Source of the DNA: Azolla caroliniana
Taxonomy: Eukaryota > Plantae > Polypodiophyta
DNA length: 64,000 bases
Assembly (NCBI GenBank): GCA_043228905.1
Contig: JBHGNT010000003.1
Location: forward strand, 5,146,001-5,210,000
Direction of reading: 5' to 3'
Under the pieces are notes generated by a model. That model had not been told where the DNA came from. It saw only the letters and a list, made by a program, of their open reading frames with translations, and did not search any database. Shown one piece after another: positions 12,059-25,200 of this stretch. Each line of letters opens with the position of its first letter. Position 1 is the first letter of the stretch. Position numbers and translations under genes: made by a program.

Positions 12059-15000
12059 ATGCTTGACCTCAATCTCTTCCGCCTCGAGAGAGGCGGGAAC
12101 CCTGAGGCCATCCGTGATTCTCAAAGGCGCCGCCATGGCGAAGATGGTGCCAAACTCGTGGACGATGTCATTGAGCTCGATCGGGCATGGCGTTTATGTA
12201 GCAAACCACAAAACCCTAGAAACTCGATGAAAAAAACCTTATATTTCAAATCAATAGATTCACGTTGAATCCTAATCAGAAAACCGAAATTCTTAATAAA
12301 AAACCCGTAAAACATGACCTTCAGCCAAAACGTTAAAAAATCTTAATGAAAAACTCTCCTTCTGACAAATTCAAATATGTCAATGTGTGTATATATTTAT
12401 GTTTATGATACCTTTATTGATTGCTTCCTAGGCCAATACAAGTTGGATCAGGAGCTTCGCAAGCAGATGAACCAGGTCAATGAGAGATACAAGCAGAAGA
12501 AAAAAAACCCAGAAAAGGTTAGTAATTTAACCTCTGAAATCTACCATTTTTGAATACCTAAGAATCCTGGAAATTCTAATACTACAGTCTCTGTATATAC
12601 CCATAACTGCCCAATCAGGTAGCTGAAGATATCGAGGATATTGTCTCTCAAATGAATGATTTGAAAGTATTGGAGGCTGATACAAGCAAAGAGGCCAAAA
12701 GACTGAGAGAATTGTTAGATTTGAAGCTCAAATCAGTCGGGAACCTTGTTCATGATTCGGTGCCAGTTAGTGATGATGAGGTACGTCTCTTTATTTCAGG
12801 ATGCCATATACTTGGCTCTCTATTTTTTCTACATGAAAATATGGTTTTTCTGAGGCATAATAATATTGATATGTTAGGCTAATAATGCTGTGATTAGAAC
12901 TTGGGGTACTCCTAGAAATGAAGAAGGGCTGAAAAATCATGTGGAACTTGTGGATATGCTTGGGATTGCAGATCTTGAGAAAGGTTTGCCTATTTTATGT
13001 ATACTGCTTGCTGTAGATGCGGCTAAGGAAAACAAATTTTTGTTTGAATCATACCTTGAGAGTATTGAGATCAATATTGTTTTCAATCATACCTTGATAT
13101 TAAGATGCGTATTGTTTTAAAAATCGTACGTTGAGATCACATTCCAGTTTATTTGGAATCCTGAGTTGAGATTAAAATATTTTTGTGTATGTGTAGATGA
13201 TTTTACATGTGAGTAGAGCTTCTGGTTGGATTGGACCGATACTTGTTTTAAATTATACCAAAATGTTTTTTCTCCATATTGATATTTTGATTAGCCTCTT
13301 AAGATGCTGGTTTAGAATTTTGCAAAACTGATTAAAAGTCAACATAAAAATGAATGAGCTTTCACATTATTATTGGACAAAGGGAATTAATAAGAAGCGT
13401 GGGGGTATTCAAAGAAACAATGGGGAGGGAAATATTATAATTCTATTCGGACAGACGAAGGGATCCCAACATGGGTCTTAAATACCCTTCCATGATTCAT
13501 TAAGAGATCACTGTAGGTGTTAAAGAGAAAGACAGGATATTATATTTTTACGTTTTCTAAGTCTCTGCTGATATTCCTAACACTGTTTATTAAAGAGAAG
13601 GATCTAGTATTTTTCAGGAACTGAAGTTGCGGGTGGAAGAGGCTACTATTTGAAAGGGTCTGGTGTACTTTTGAATCAAGCTCTAGTCAGCTATGGCCAG
13701 AAGTTTCTGTACGAGCGGAATTATACACCCATTCAAACTCCCTTCTTTATGAGAAAGGAGGTCATGGCTGAATGCGCACAGCTCTCTGAATTTGATGAAG
13801 CGCTCTACAATGTGAGAAATACAATGATTACTTTCTTAAACAGCTTCCTTTCAAGAGATTATACATTGACATTCTTTACATTTACTTTGAGTTCCATCTA
13901 CTTCAACAAGATGTCTATGTTTGAACATATCCACACTAATGTATATGTTTGCTTTGGTTGTGCCATGAAGGTTTCAGGAGAAGGGGATGACAAATACCTG
14001 ATTGCCACATCAGAACAACCACTATGTGCTCTTCATCGAGGTGATTGGATACATCCATCAAAACTCCCTATCAGGTAAGTTATACTCATCACAGCATGCG
14101 ATGATCATAAAGATGTAAGTACACCTGTAAAGTGTGGATCCTGGACCCCCTCAAGTAAGATGGTGATAAGTAGTTTGGACTAATTTAGTTTGTCAGATGG
14201 ATCTCACAACTTGTATTATGACGATGCTTTACAGATATGCTGGTTATTCAACATGCTTTCGGAAGGAAGTTGGGTCTCATGGGAGAGATACATTGGGCAT
14301 TTTCCGTGTGCATCAATTCGAGAAGGTGGAGCAATTTTGTATAACAAGTCCCATTGGGAATAGTTCTTGGGAAATGCATGAGGAGATGCTGAAAAATTCT
14401 GAAGAGTTCTATCAACATGTAAGTCTTTTGCTTCACTCTTCTCAGCTTTTTGGGTTGTGTGTACTCATTTTAGGCTTTGTTAACATGACATTCCTGTGCA
14501 ACCCACCATATTTCATATTTCGTCTGCTTATGAATAGTAAAAGACTTTTATTTTTTAAATTTGTAGCTTGGATTACCATATAGAGTTGTAGCTATTGTTT
14601 CTGGAGCTCTAAATGATGCTGCTGCTGCGAAATATGATTTGGAAGCGTGGTTTCCAGCCTCTAAAGCATATAGAGAACTTGTGTCTTGCTCGAATTGCAC
14701 CGATTATCAAGCTCGTAATCTTGGCATCCGATATGGTCAGACGATGGTAGGCATGCTCTACCATGCTATGCTTTTCAATCTCAAGAATTTTAATATTTGG
14801 CAGAAAAACTTCAAAATATCTATGAGTTCTCTTTATTTCCCTTACTGTCCTAAGTTTTGAAAACATACCCAAGTGTGTTGAGTATTAAATCAAATGTTAG
14901 ATGATTTCATCCACTTCTTCTTTCCTTGGGGGATTGACCAGGTCTATTTTGGAAATAATGGAACATTAGAGGCATGGTGGCTATTTACCTGAGATTTTCC

Positions 15001-15263
15001 CTTCATATGTTTATGTCCAGAAGCATTCATTGGAATTTATTATATGCATGCAGAACGATGAGAAATCAACTCAATATGTTCATCTTCTCAACTCCACATT
15101 AACTGCAACCGAACGGACCATGTGTTGCATTTTAGAGACTTATCAAACAGATGAGGGGGTGAACATCCCAGAAGTATTACAGCCATTTATGTACAATATC
15201 AAATTTATACCCTTCACCCCTGCCAAGGGGTCCAAAGCAAAGAAATCAAAATCCCAGGTTTGA
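12059..15263 (+). CDS. SerRS: Cytosolic seryl-tRNA synthetase; exons 12059-12197, 12432-12517, 12619-12780, 12878-12983, 13618-13811, 13971-14074, 14235-14418, 14567-14746, 15054-15263
   Basis: [33 protein letters not shown], motif 2 [37 protein letters not shown], motif 3 [10 protein letters not shown]. All introns GT-AG and phase-compatible. Confidence 0.97.
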
Positions 15264-16702
15264 TATACGAGTGTAACTGTTTACATATATATACACACAC
15301 ACACCATATATACCTATGAATTCTTAGTGCATTGAAGACCAAATTTCTCATTTGCAGAACATAATGCCTCTATAATTGGAGTAGAAAAAGAGGGTGGATC
15401 AATCATTCTTACATGTTGAGAATATCAGCTTGAGGTGAATTTAAATTGAACCATGTGTAAATTAAAGGTGCGACTATAATGTATAATGAAACAATGTATG
15501 ATGAAACAACCCATTTAAAACCTTGTAACAATACAATGGCAACTATGGCACTGACTACATTACAATAAAATGCTCATTTTGCCTTGTGATTATTCTATTT
15601 GTTTATAAGGACCCGTACAATTTGACACAAAACAATACAATATTTTATATTGAACTTGACCATTTGATCGTTGATATAACTATTTGATCGTTGGAGACAA
15701 AACAACACAATTCGTTACATTAGACTTGGTGTTTTCATGTTCAATGCATTGTCTTTTTGGATATGATTGGATGCACGATATACAATTTTTTGATGTTGAT
15801 ACATCACTTTATACAATAGGATACAAAACCTTAGAATATGTGAATTATTACATGATAACAACTTGAGAACATGAGCCATGCTAAAACCTTGTTTATACCA
15901 GGTTGAAGTTATGATATTTCAAGCTCAAAAAGGTGGCAACAGTTTAGAGTCTACACACAATTTGTTATTTCTCTTTTGAACATAGCTGAATATGAGTGCC
16001 ACTAAGAGTTGACATGAACATAGCTGATTGAACCCTTGAACTTCGAAATATTAAAATTTTGGAGATACATTCACAATTCACAAAGAAATTCAATGGATCA
16101 GATACCTCACGTGCCATACAAGAACCAAATCAGTGTTTCCATGTTGTAACATGTAACTTCAAAATGAGAAATAATCTTTCTTTAGTTGTAGAAGAAAAGG
16201 ATGTAACAATATCACACCATTCATCTTCTTTGGAATCCTTCATGCCAAAAAGGTTCAAACTTTTATTGAAATCAATATGTGTGTTTTCATGTATCTCTTT
16301 CATTTTTAGGACGGGCCAAGATTGAGAAATACCTTTATGTCAAGGTGTTTTCGTTGAGCCGAAAAAGTGTTGTCTCTTTCTTATCTCCTTTACTTCTTGG
16401 TACGTACTAGAGACCTTTGGGTTTAACAAAGTCATTTGTCCAAGTTTGCATGCACACGCAAGCTCAAAGACAAAGAGAAAAAGAAGAAGAAGAACTAAAC
16501 ATTTACAGTGGGCTATGTAACCTCATTCTCGTGATACATATCCATTTTTCTCCTAATTCATGTTAAAACTAGCAATGTTTCACACATCCCTTGACATCTT
16601 CCTCTAAGACTAGAAGGGAAGACACCTCAAGATCTCTACACATCCATGTATAATGTTACATGTACACATCATGTTCAATCCAATTGGAAATAAGGGGTGG
16701 TA

Positions 16703-17923
16703 TCATGAGGGCCAAGAAGTCTCGTGTTTTTCTCGAATGCAATTCCCGGGTAGCAAGAACTTGAATCTCTCATGGTTCTTTAACAAGAAAGATGGAAGAT
16801 TCACCCCAGAATATGATTTGGGTACCGGACCCATCTTGGCCACTAGCTCCTTGAAAGTATAAGCCTCGGGCAACATGTCGAACAAATCACTGCCTTTGCA
16901 TAAAACCTCTTGAATCCGGCTTGGATCGAGAAAGCTCGGTGACTTCACACGATCGGCGTGGCTATAAGCCTTCATCTTAAACACAATGTCTTCAATATGC
17001 CTAAAGCAGAAGCTACAATGCCACCCCGAGTCAGCGAAAATCAAATCCGTGTGCCGTCCATGACCATATCGGGTAGTTGAATATTTGTAGACATGGACAC
17101 TAGGCCTCCATGTGCCTTTGTCCACCCAGTACTCAAAGGAGTACAGATAAGAATTCATCTCCAAATGCATGACTTGAGGGATGCCATGGCACCACCTGAG
17201 GAGATCTATGGTATGCCCACTAGGTATCTCATCCACATCGGCCATGATGACAAGGTCTCCCTCCCGGACACCGGCCCTCTTGAGAACCTCATCCATGGCT
17301 TTCCGCTGGGCATGCTCGAGCACGAACGGGTCTTCCTTGGTTTTCAGCTTCCGTCCGGCCATCTGCTCGTACCACATCTGTCCGCGCGCAAACTCGTATC
17401 TCCCGGAGTTGTCAGAGAACCAGAGGGGCTTGGGGTCACCCGTGAATGTGGTGTTGGACTCCAGGATGACAAATTTGGTGACGAATGGCTCGAGCTCGCG
17501 CATTCGAATCTCGAGGAGGTCAAGCTCATTATTGAAGATGATGGCATCGAACACGTGGGCTGGATGCGTGCGGACCGACCACCCATGCATCGAGCAAAGG
17601 AGGGAATGAGATATGTTAGGTGCATAGTAGTGAGGGATGCGGTGGAATTGCTTAGGGGTATTGTCCCACACGGGGCGTAGGGCATAGCCGATGCTCTCCC
17701 AATGTGTGTAAATTACATACAACACGAGCACCGAAGCCAGGAGTCCGGACAAAGTCACGGCCGCGTGTCGAGCTCGGATTTGTGGAGCCGGTACTCGGTG
17801 GCGATGGTGGCGGTTGGCATGATTAGGGTTATGATTGTGACTGTGATGAGTGGGTGGGGAGGGAATTACATGAAGAAGATCTTTCTTGTGGAGATGGACA
17901 TGCTTCTTCATCCCCATCATCAT
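16703..17923 (-). CDS. Glycosyltransferase family 17 (beta-1,4-N-acetylglucosaminyltransferase III-like), type II membrane protein
   Basis: N-terminal TM helix, then RPVWD..PK.F, VFDAIIFNNELDLLEIR, FVILESN.TFTG, DxD motif IMADVDEIPS, GWHCSFCF, KMKAYSH, LLPGNCIRE. 406-aa single ORF. Confidence 0.95.
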   Translation of the reverse strand: MMMGMKKHVHLHKKDLLHVIPSPPTHHSHNHNPNHANRHHRHRVPAPQIRARHAAVTLSGLLASVLVLYVIYTHWESIGYALRPVWDNTPKQFHRIPHYYAPNISHSLLCSMHGWSVRTHPAHVFDAIIFNNELDLLEIRMRELEPFVTKFVILESNTTFTGDPKPLWFSDNSGRYEFARGQMWYEQMAGRKLKTKEDPFVLEHAQRKAMDEVLKRAGVREGDLVIMADVDEIPSGHTIDLLRWCHGIPQVMHLEMNSYLYSFEYWVDKGTWRPSVHVYKYSTTRYGHGRHTDLIFADSGWHCSFCFRHIEDIVFKMKAYSHADRVKSPSFLDPSRIQEVLCKGSDLFDMLPEAYTFKELVAKMGPVPKSYSGVNLPSFLLKNHERFKFLLPGNCIREKHETSWPS

Positions 17924-18203
17924 CTTCTTTGTTCCCTAGCATGTTGTTTGGTGAATCAATGAGCGGAGATGTTGGCTTGCCACCATCACCATCGTTGAAC
18001 AGAGCATTCTCTGCCTTTCTTTCCTCTTTCTGAACCTCGTACATGCCTAGCACTGATTCATGAAGCTGTGTGATGTGACATGCATGTGGGCGATCTTTGT
18101 TTGTCTTTGCGTGTGGTGCTTGGTTGTCTTTTCTTGTCTTGTACGTGGTGTTGAGAGAGAGGGGCCGAGGTGGTTACTAAACGGTGGTTTCACACCTGAA
18201 TCC

Positions 18204-18204
<1 letters not shown>

Positions 18205-18240
<36 letters not shown>
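18205..18240. repeat. (GA)n microsatellite upstream of the GT17 gene
   Basis: About 18 AG units read directly. Confidence 0.95.
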
Positions 18241-18244
<4 letters not shown>

Positions 18245-19409
18245 GGAGTATGTAATAGAGAGGTGAGAAAAATTAAGTTTTGAACCCAAGACGTAGTGCT
18301 TTTAATATAACAACTTATCACTACGGTAAGCTAATTAATAAGGTAGGGAGTCTTTGTGTATATGTGTCTAATGAATTAAGAGATATGTATGAAGTAAGTA
18401 TGTAATAGAGAGGTGAGAAAAGTTGGGTTTTTGAACCCAACACGTAATGCAGAAGTTTTGTCTTATGCGTGCCATTTGTTATGGAGTTGATGGGAGTACT
18501 CAAGTTGCATAGTTATGCAAAACACACTAAAAAGGGACAGAGGCCCTTCCCACTAGGCTAAACTATATATTGCTATGTGGGTTTGAATAGATGACATTTT
18601 CTCATTGGTTTGAAAGGCCTACTTTGAAAATTTATTGTGAACTTTTGTATATTCCTTCATCTAACCTAGATGGGCTTTTGCAACCGAGAATAATTGTCTT
18701 GTTTTAAATATATTATTAATCAAGGTTATTTGTGTATTTCAATTAAGTATACAATGTGTTTTTGTTAATAAATGTGTCTCTTCTAGGTATGTTGCACCGA
18801 GTGTACATTTTTCTCTCAAAAATGAAGTCATATCTCCTAATCAAAGATTTGGCAAGTTTTAACATGTCGTTATTTAAGGCCTCAACAATAGGTTTTTTGC
18901 TTGCTATTTTCAAGATGGTCCAAATGAAGAGTTGGTGAACTTGTTCTAATTTTTACACTATAAGGGATCACAACACGATTGGAATATGTGCAATGCTTGC
19001 ATGTTCAATGGTAGACATGGGGTGAAAGTCTATGCAAACAAGTTGAAATGTGTTCATTCTCATGTGGAATCTTTGGATATTAGAGCATGCGGGATCATTT
19101 CTTTCAGGTGCATATTAAGGATTTCTAAATGGCTTTACAAGATGTCCCTTTGTGGTGAGAAGCTTTTTCGAGATTTGTAGGCAATGAGGATCTCTTGGGA
19201 CTCAACTCACAAGAGGCGTGCCAAAGGAGACAAGAATCATAAGACGTGTAAGAAGAGAGAGTATGAGCTTGGACGACAAGTTGCTATGACAAAGCTCCTA
19301 AACATCAAAACAATCAGAAAGTTCCGAGTGTGTGGTGGAAATCTCAAGTTCCAAGCTCCAAGACTTAATCCTGGAAACTATATCTATTCATGGGGATCTC
19401 ATGGTAGAA

Positions 19410-19605
19410 CCTAGAAATCTGCAACGGTTTGGTATGGCTTGGCCAAACCAAACCATAACCAGTTTGGTTTTCGAACCCAAATTGGTTAAGCCCATGATGG
19501 TTTGGTTCGGCTTGAGCCTTGGCAAACCGACATCAATCTGATTTAGGAAGCTCAAAACTGAACCGAGCCAAGCTGAACCGACAAACTGTTTAGAAACGGT
19601 TTAAC
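19410..19605. mobile_element. Probable MITE/hAT-like remnant
   Basis: Dense ggttt/aaacc/aaccg sub-repeats in both orientations. No TSD identified. Confidence 0.4.
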
Positions 19606-19714
19606 AGCTGAGTGAGGCTTGAGTCCTACCAGAAGAAAGATTAGTAGGAAACAGAGGTTTCTTACCAAAAGAAACAGAGGAGCATCTTATGTTATAGTTG
19701 TATTTCGCCCTGAC

Positions 19715-21350
19715 ATGGAGCCTCTCGTTTCTCTCTCCTTCAGCAATCACTTCTACTCTGCATCCTCCTCCTTCTCCCCCGTTGCTTTTGTTCCTGAAAC
19801 ATCAGAGAGAATCTCTGCATCCATCCACACACAGAGACACTTCAGTAAATGAGCTATCTATAAGATTGGTGTCCTCAGCTTGAAAAGCTGGAATAATGGT
19901 GGTGGAGGAAGAGGAAGAGAAATCTGCAGTCTCTGCATCCATCTACACGCATAGTTCCTTCAGTAAATGAGCTATGTATAAGTTTGTGGAGCTTGGGTTG
20001 AAAAGCTGGAAGAATGGTGGCGGAGGAAGAGAAATCTGCTGTCTCTGCATGCATCCACACGTGGAGTTCCTTCCGTAAATGAGCTATGTATAAGATTGTG
20101 GAGCTCGGGTTGAAAAGTTGGAAGAATGGTGGAGGAGGAAGAGAAATCTGCAGTCGCTGCATCCATCCACACGCAGAGTTGCTTCAGTAAATGACCTATG
20201 TATAAGATTGTGGAGCTCGGCTTGAAAAGTTGGAAGAATGGTGGCGGAGGAAGAAAAACCTTCTTCTTTTTCTGTTCATTTGATAAAAGTAGGGTCTTGT
20301 CTTCTTAAGCTTTCCTGTCATACCCCTGTTGAAGGGGACATTTGTTTATTTTATTCTTCTCTTTCTCTTTCAACTACCTTTTGCGTTTTAGGCGTCTTGG
20401 GCATTTAGAGTGGCAGGACAAACACAGGATTTTGTGTGTAAGCCAACGAATCCTGTGTGGAATGGCTGCTGATGCTGAGGTCTTTGAAATCACCCTCTCA
20501 GAAAGGAACCAAAATACACCTTCTTCAGGCAAGTTTCTTTCCTAAAGATAAGGATTTTGAAAAGTCTTCTTTGTATTGTTTGTTCGTGGCAATGCATTTC
20601 TTTGGATCCACTGATTTATACACACACAATTGAAAGGTAGAGAAAAAGAAGTTGAAGAAAATTGAGTCGGATTAAGAAACCCTAGTAAAAGAAACAATAA
20701 TTAGAAAATCTTATGAAAAATAGAACTGACAGAAGAACAAAAACAAATACTTTACATGATCGGACAATCAATGGTTCATCCATCAAAAGTTTAAATCCAC
20801 TCTCCCCAGTTTATTTGTATCCTTCTTGATTGTGGATTTCATTTTACGGTTCTTGATTTTTGTAACAAATATATACAAAGGTTCAAGTTTTCAAATTAGA
20901 GAAATCACCTGCATTTGACTGTAAGCTGTTCTAGGCTATGCTCTCTTACAATGGCTGCCTAACTTGGAAAACGTGAAAATCGGGCTCTGCTTATATGAAA
21001 ATGCATCCTCTTCACATAGTGAAGTAGACTTTATAAATTGCCCTCATAAGGTACTCAACTTATCATTTCTTGTTTCCTGTTTGCATTATATGCTGCTTTA
21101 GCAAGCACTGGAAGCCTGTAGGCAGATTCTTTAATGATATTCAGAAAAGCACTTTCCAGCCTATGAAGGAATTGTTTCAGTTTGTGAATCTTCAATTGGT
21201 CTGTAACTTTTACTTGTAACGGAAGGTCTTGTAATATATTTATTCCGTGTTTTATCTTGTCTTTGCAACACAGGACTGGGATAAGATGCTTCTCAATATG
21301 TATATGGGATTGGGAAGATCAAACAGGGCTACAAGATATGAGTAATGAAA
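19715..21350 (+). pseudogene. Inverted, internally deleted duplicate of the plastid RF2 (prfB) gene
   Basis: ATG 19715 MEPLVSLSFSNHFYSASSS matches prfB exon 1 ([19 protein letters not shown]). 20392-20528 matches exon 2 ([24 protein letters not shown]) including the same GC donor. 21273-21350 (gactgggataagatgcttctcaatatgtatatg) matches the start of exon 5 ([11 protein letters not shown]) with disablements. Exons 3, 4, 6 and 7 not seen. Confidence 0.85.
19805..20255. repeat. ~120-bp tandem repeat x3-4 in the pseudo-prfB intron 1
   Basis: cttcagtaaatgagctat..taag..tgtggagct..gttgaaaag.tggaagaatggtgg.ggaggaagagaaatctgc repeated. Only one related unit is seen in real prfB intron 1 (~39640-39760). 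Confidence 0.85.
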
Positions 21351-22218
21351 TATTGGTAAGGTTGGCTTCTTATCTAGTTACTTGTAAACTCTTCACCCAT
21401 CTCTGTATTCTAGAAGCACTAGAAACAAAGGTGTTGATTAACCAAACAATGATACACAAATCTCATATTTTCAATTTCAACCTATGTTTGTTAGCTGCTC
21501 TAAGATTATATTTTATTCGACAACCAAGCATGAATTTCTTGAAATTATTGTTAAACACGATCTGATATAAAATTCATACATGCAAATTGTTCATACACGC
21601 AAATTGTCCATTGCTTCTCTATCTAACTGGAAATATTACCGTCAATTCAACAATCATCACATTCTATAAAGAAAAGCTGGCTGATTGAAAATATCCGAAC
21701 ATTTGAATTTTTTATCATGGAACTCTTAAAGCTACCTCGAGGTGCATAATGTGATAAAATAGTTTTGAATGGTTCATAACGTAGCTGGTCCAACGTTTTA
21801 TGGGCCTTCTTGTTCATCCATAACTAATTGAATAATGCTTTGCTCATTTTGTGTGCTTTTGTATAACATTTAGCTGGTAAACGAGATTGCTTACATTACG
21901 TTATGGAATTAATTAATTTCTTATGAAGATAATTATTTGCAAGAGGAGAGGAAGATTCTGATTCTGCTTAAGTGAAAGGCTGTTGAACTTTGATCGAAAG
22001 AAAGAGGTATGAACTGTGCAACATATCTAGGTGATTAGAATGAAACACATTGTTCGCTTATGTCAAATGCACCAATAAGCTTGATAATAGCTGTTATAAA
22101 AGGGAGCTAAGTTCAAAAGTCCATCAAGGTTTGAGGTAATGAATATATATTACTTTACAATAGATTTTAAAAGTAGCAGGAAATGTTATCTATTCAAACC
22201 CACATAGCAAGATATAAT

Positions 22219-25200
22219 TTAGCTTAGCTGGAAGGGAGTTTTTCCTTCACAATGTGTCTTGCATAACCATGCAATTTGAATACTCCCATCAGTTCCATAA
22301 CATATTGTACGCATAAGATAGAACTTCTCAGCTATGTTTTGGTCTGTCAACCCTCCATTTTCCACCAATATAGATGCCAAGCACTTTTGCCACTCTTTGG
22401 ATGCACACTCTAGTGTACTTAAATTATATATATCTTTTTTGGATTTCAAAGTACTTTGTATCATAGGGTATTGTTTTGCTAGTTTGAGGTGGTGTGTCCA
22501 ATCTGGTATCAAAGAGCTTACAAGGGGAGCCATAGAGGAAATACCAAGTCTGGCAGCTATAGTCAAAACATGAAAGAAACAATTGATATATGGAAGAGCT
22601 CTATTTAGAGTCTGTGAATGAGACTCTAACAAAGAGGTGAGGGTGATACCAGGTTGGTTCTCCACTGGGTGTGGCAAATTTTTATCGTCACAATATAATT
22701 GGATTCTCACAAATTCCTCTCCCAAAAGTCGAGGCACCCATCTCAAAAGTTTCTCGATATTTGAGTTGCGAGATTTAGTTGTAAGAAAGGCAATGCAAGG
22801 GAGTTGCGTCTCAATCTCATTCTCTAGAGCCATCATCAATAGCTTGCCTATAGATTTCTGAACCTTGCTCATAACATCTTTCCTCATACATTGAAGTTCT
22901 TTATGCATTTCACTTAGCTTCTTGGTCATTTGGTCTACCTTATGATGTAACTTTAGTACCTCTTCATGAGTGGCATCCACCTTACGATGTAAACTTAAAA
23001 TTGACCTTACCATAAACTTACTAGATTGTACCTCTACCGTGTCTTCTGATGTTTGATCTTCTTGCACCAAATCGTTTTCAAGGCCAGTCATAATCACATT
23101 TTCATGACTTATATTGCTTAGATAAATTGACTTCATCATTCTCCAACCTCCACTTGAAACCATTGTTTAGATGACCTGAGGACCTCCCCATAATACTCTG
23201 AGCCCAAGAGATCAATTAAAGCACTTGTGAGAGAAACAAGCATATGCCTTGTTCGTTTCCAATCATAAACTTCTTGCTTGCCTTGCTCAAGTTTTTTTTG
23301 TAGTTGTTCCTTCAAATAAGTTATTTCCACGCATTGATCTTCTCTATCTGATGTCCTTGATGGAAAATATAAGCAATCGGGCCGGATTACGCCCTCGATC
23401 AAATTAACACCTTGGACACCTGTAGGTTGTGCACATATTGTAATCAAGGTGTTAATGATATGCTTTTGCACAAAAGCTAAGGTACTTAGCGTGTTTTCTT
23501 GAGTATTATTTGGAGCTCTAACCAACACATCTATCACGTAGTTTGATTTTGCTTGACAGAAGATGATGATGATCTCCTTATTTGGAAAACATATGGATAT
23601 GAAATCTCTTCCAAGCATTATGTCAGTGTTATCATCCTCGGATTGGAATGCATTGTTAAATAAAACTTGAATTCTTGGAAATAGTCCTGGTGTAAGAAAC
23701 GTGAGGTCTTTGTCCTCACTCTCTAGCCTTTGCCCATATACACAAAAGTATCCTTATCATCTAAATTGCATGTGGTAGATGAAGTCCATCGGGGCTGTTC
23801 TACACCCACATCTGACAATACAGCAGGGATAAAGATAAGATCTGCATTGTTTCTGGGGAAGTTATTGGGGACTTTGCAACACAGGTGCATGGCTTCCATC
23901 AAGTCTACCAATAACGACCCCTTTACATTGGATTTGGAAATGGATTCAAACTTCTCCTCTAGGAAATGCCGAGGGATGTATCCGTTAGCAAATACAACAG
24001 TACCCTTAGATGATTTAGGGCTTGGGAAATCAATGAGGCTTCCCATGATCTAATTGCAGAACCAATTGGGATCAAGAATGATGTGTTTGATTTCGTTTAT
24101 GTATATGATGCTACCTGATTCATTCAAGGACAAGGCGACTGCATGTAATTTGGCTTTGTCACTAGTGGGATTGGAGAGTTGGCCGTGGCTATTGCAGATT
24201 TGGCTGAATTTAGTCCATGTAATGATTTGTTCATTTTTGTTCTTCAAATGATTTGAGAGATGTTTGCTTACCTGTGTGCAGGTGTCGTACACCTCAATAC
24301 CTTGAACCAAATCTTTGGCAATGGAGAAGATACATTCTGCTACAGTTTTTACAGAATCTTTCTTTCTTGAATCCACATCAAATGTAGGGTCGACAATGTC
24401 AATAAACCCTTTAAAATCTGATCGAAGTTAATGAATGGAAGGTGAGAGAGAGCTTGAGACGAACTCCATTTGGTCTGCTCGTGTGAAAACCATGATCACC
24501 TTGAGGGCAATGTTGGATTGACGACTCTTGGAGGCGAGGAACTTGAGCCAGTACCTGAAGCTTGCTTCGAAGTCCACCTCTTTTTTCCTTGCTCCTCTAT
24601 CGCTACTTTCACTCTCCATCGGACTCCAAACAAACATGAACATGGATGGAACCTGATAAGAGCTTGTTCCTATGTCGGGGAACATGCAATCGTGAAATGC
24701 ATGAAATTCTTGTTGGCCTGCCATGTCCCACACAGACACTCGGATTCCCTCTCTTTTGATGGCTTGAACCTTGATTCCCTGTGTACGACCTCCAGTAAAT
24801 AGGGCTCTCAGCTTATCTCTCTTGCGCCCATACATGGAACGCATGGTGGATACAAGGGTAGTCTTTCCTGCGCCAAACAAATGAATTGAAAGTGTTAGTG
24901 TTTATCCTCATCAATCTAGCTTGTCTGATTTTCAATATTTGAGAGTGTCATGTTTTGCCTGCAAATGGATCCCCACAGATGAACAATTGCATGGATGTTG
25001 CGGGCACTCGCTTCAAATCTGATCCCAACATGAAATTGCGCTGGTTTCTCCACAGCTGCGCCTCGATGGCAGGGTCCATCGTACGATGGCCAAGCAGGTG
25101 AAAGAAGGGAAGGCCAGACCGAGAAAGCGCATCCACCAGTGCAGCAGTAGTCGATCGGCTTAAGTCTGAGAAATTCCGGTAGGCTGTTAATTCAAGGCTA

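Noticed and set aside
17093-17685. Overlapping ORFs inside the GT17 gene
   Set aside because: Shadow frames of a GC-rich CDS with no recognisable motifs.
18960-19330. Possible CACTA transposase fragment (GFTRCP..CGE)
   Set aside because: Only one short frameshifted motif; too weak to annotate without a search.
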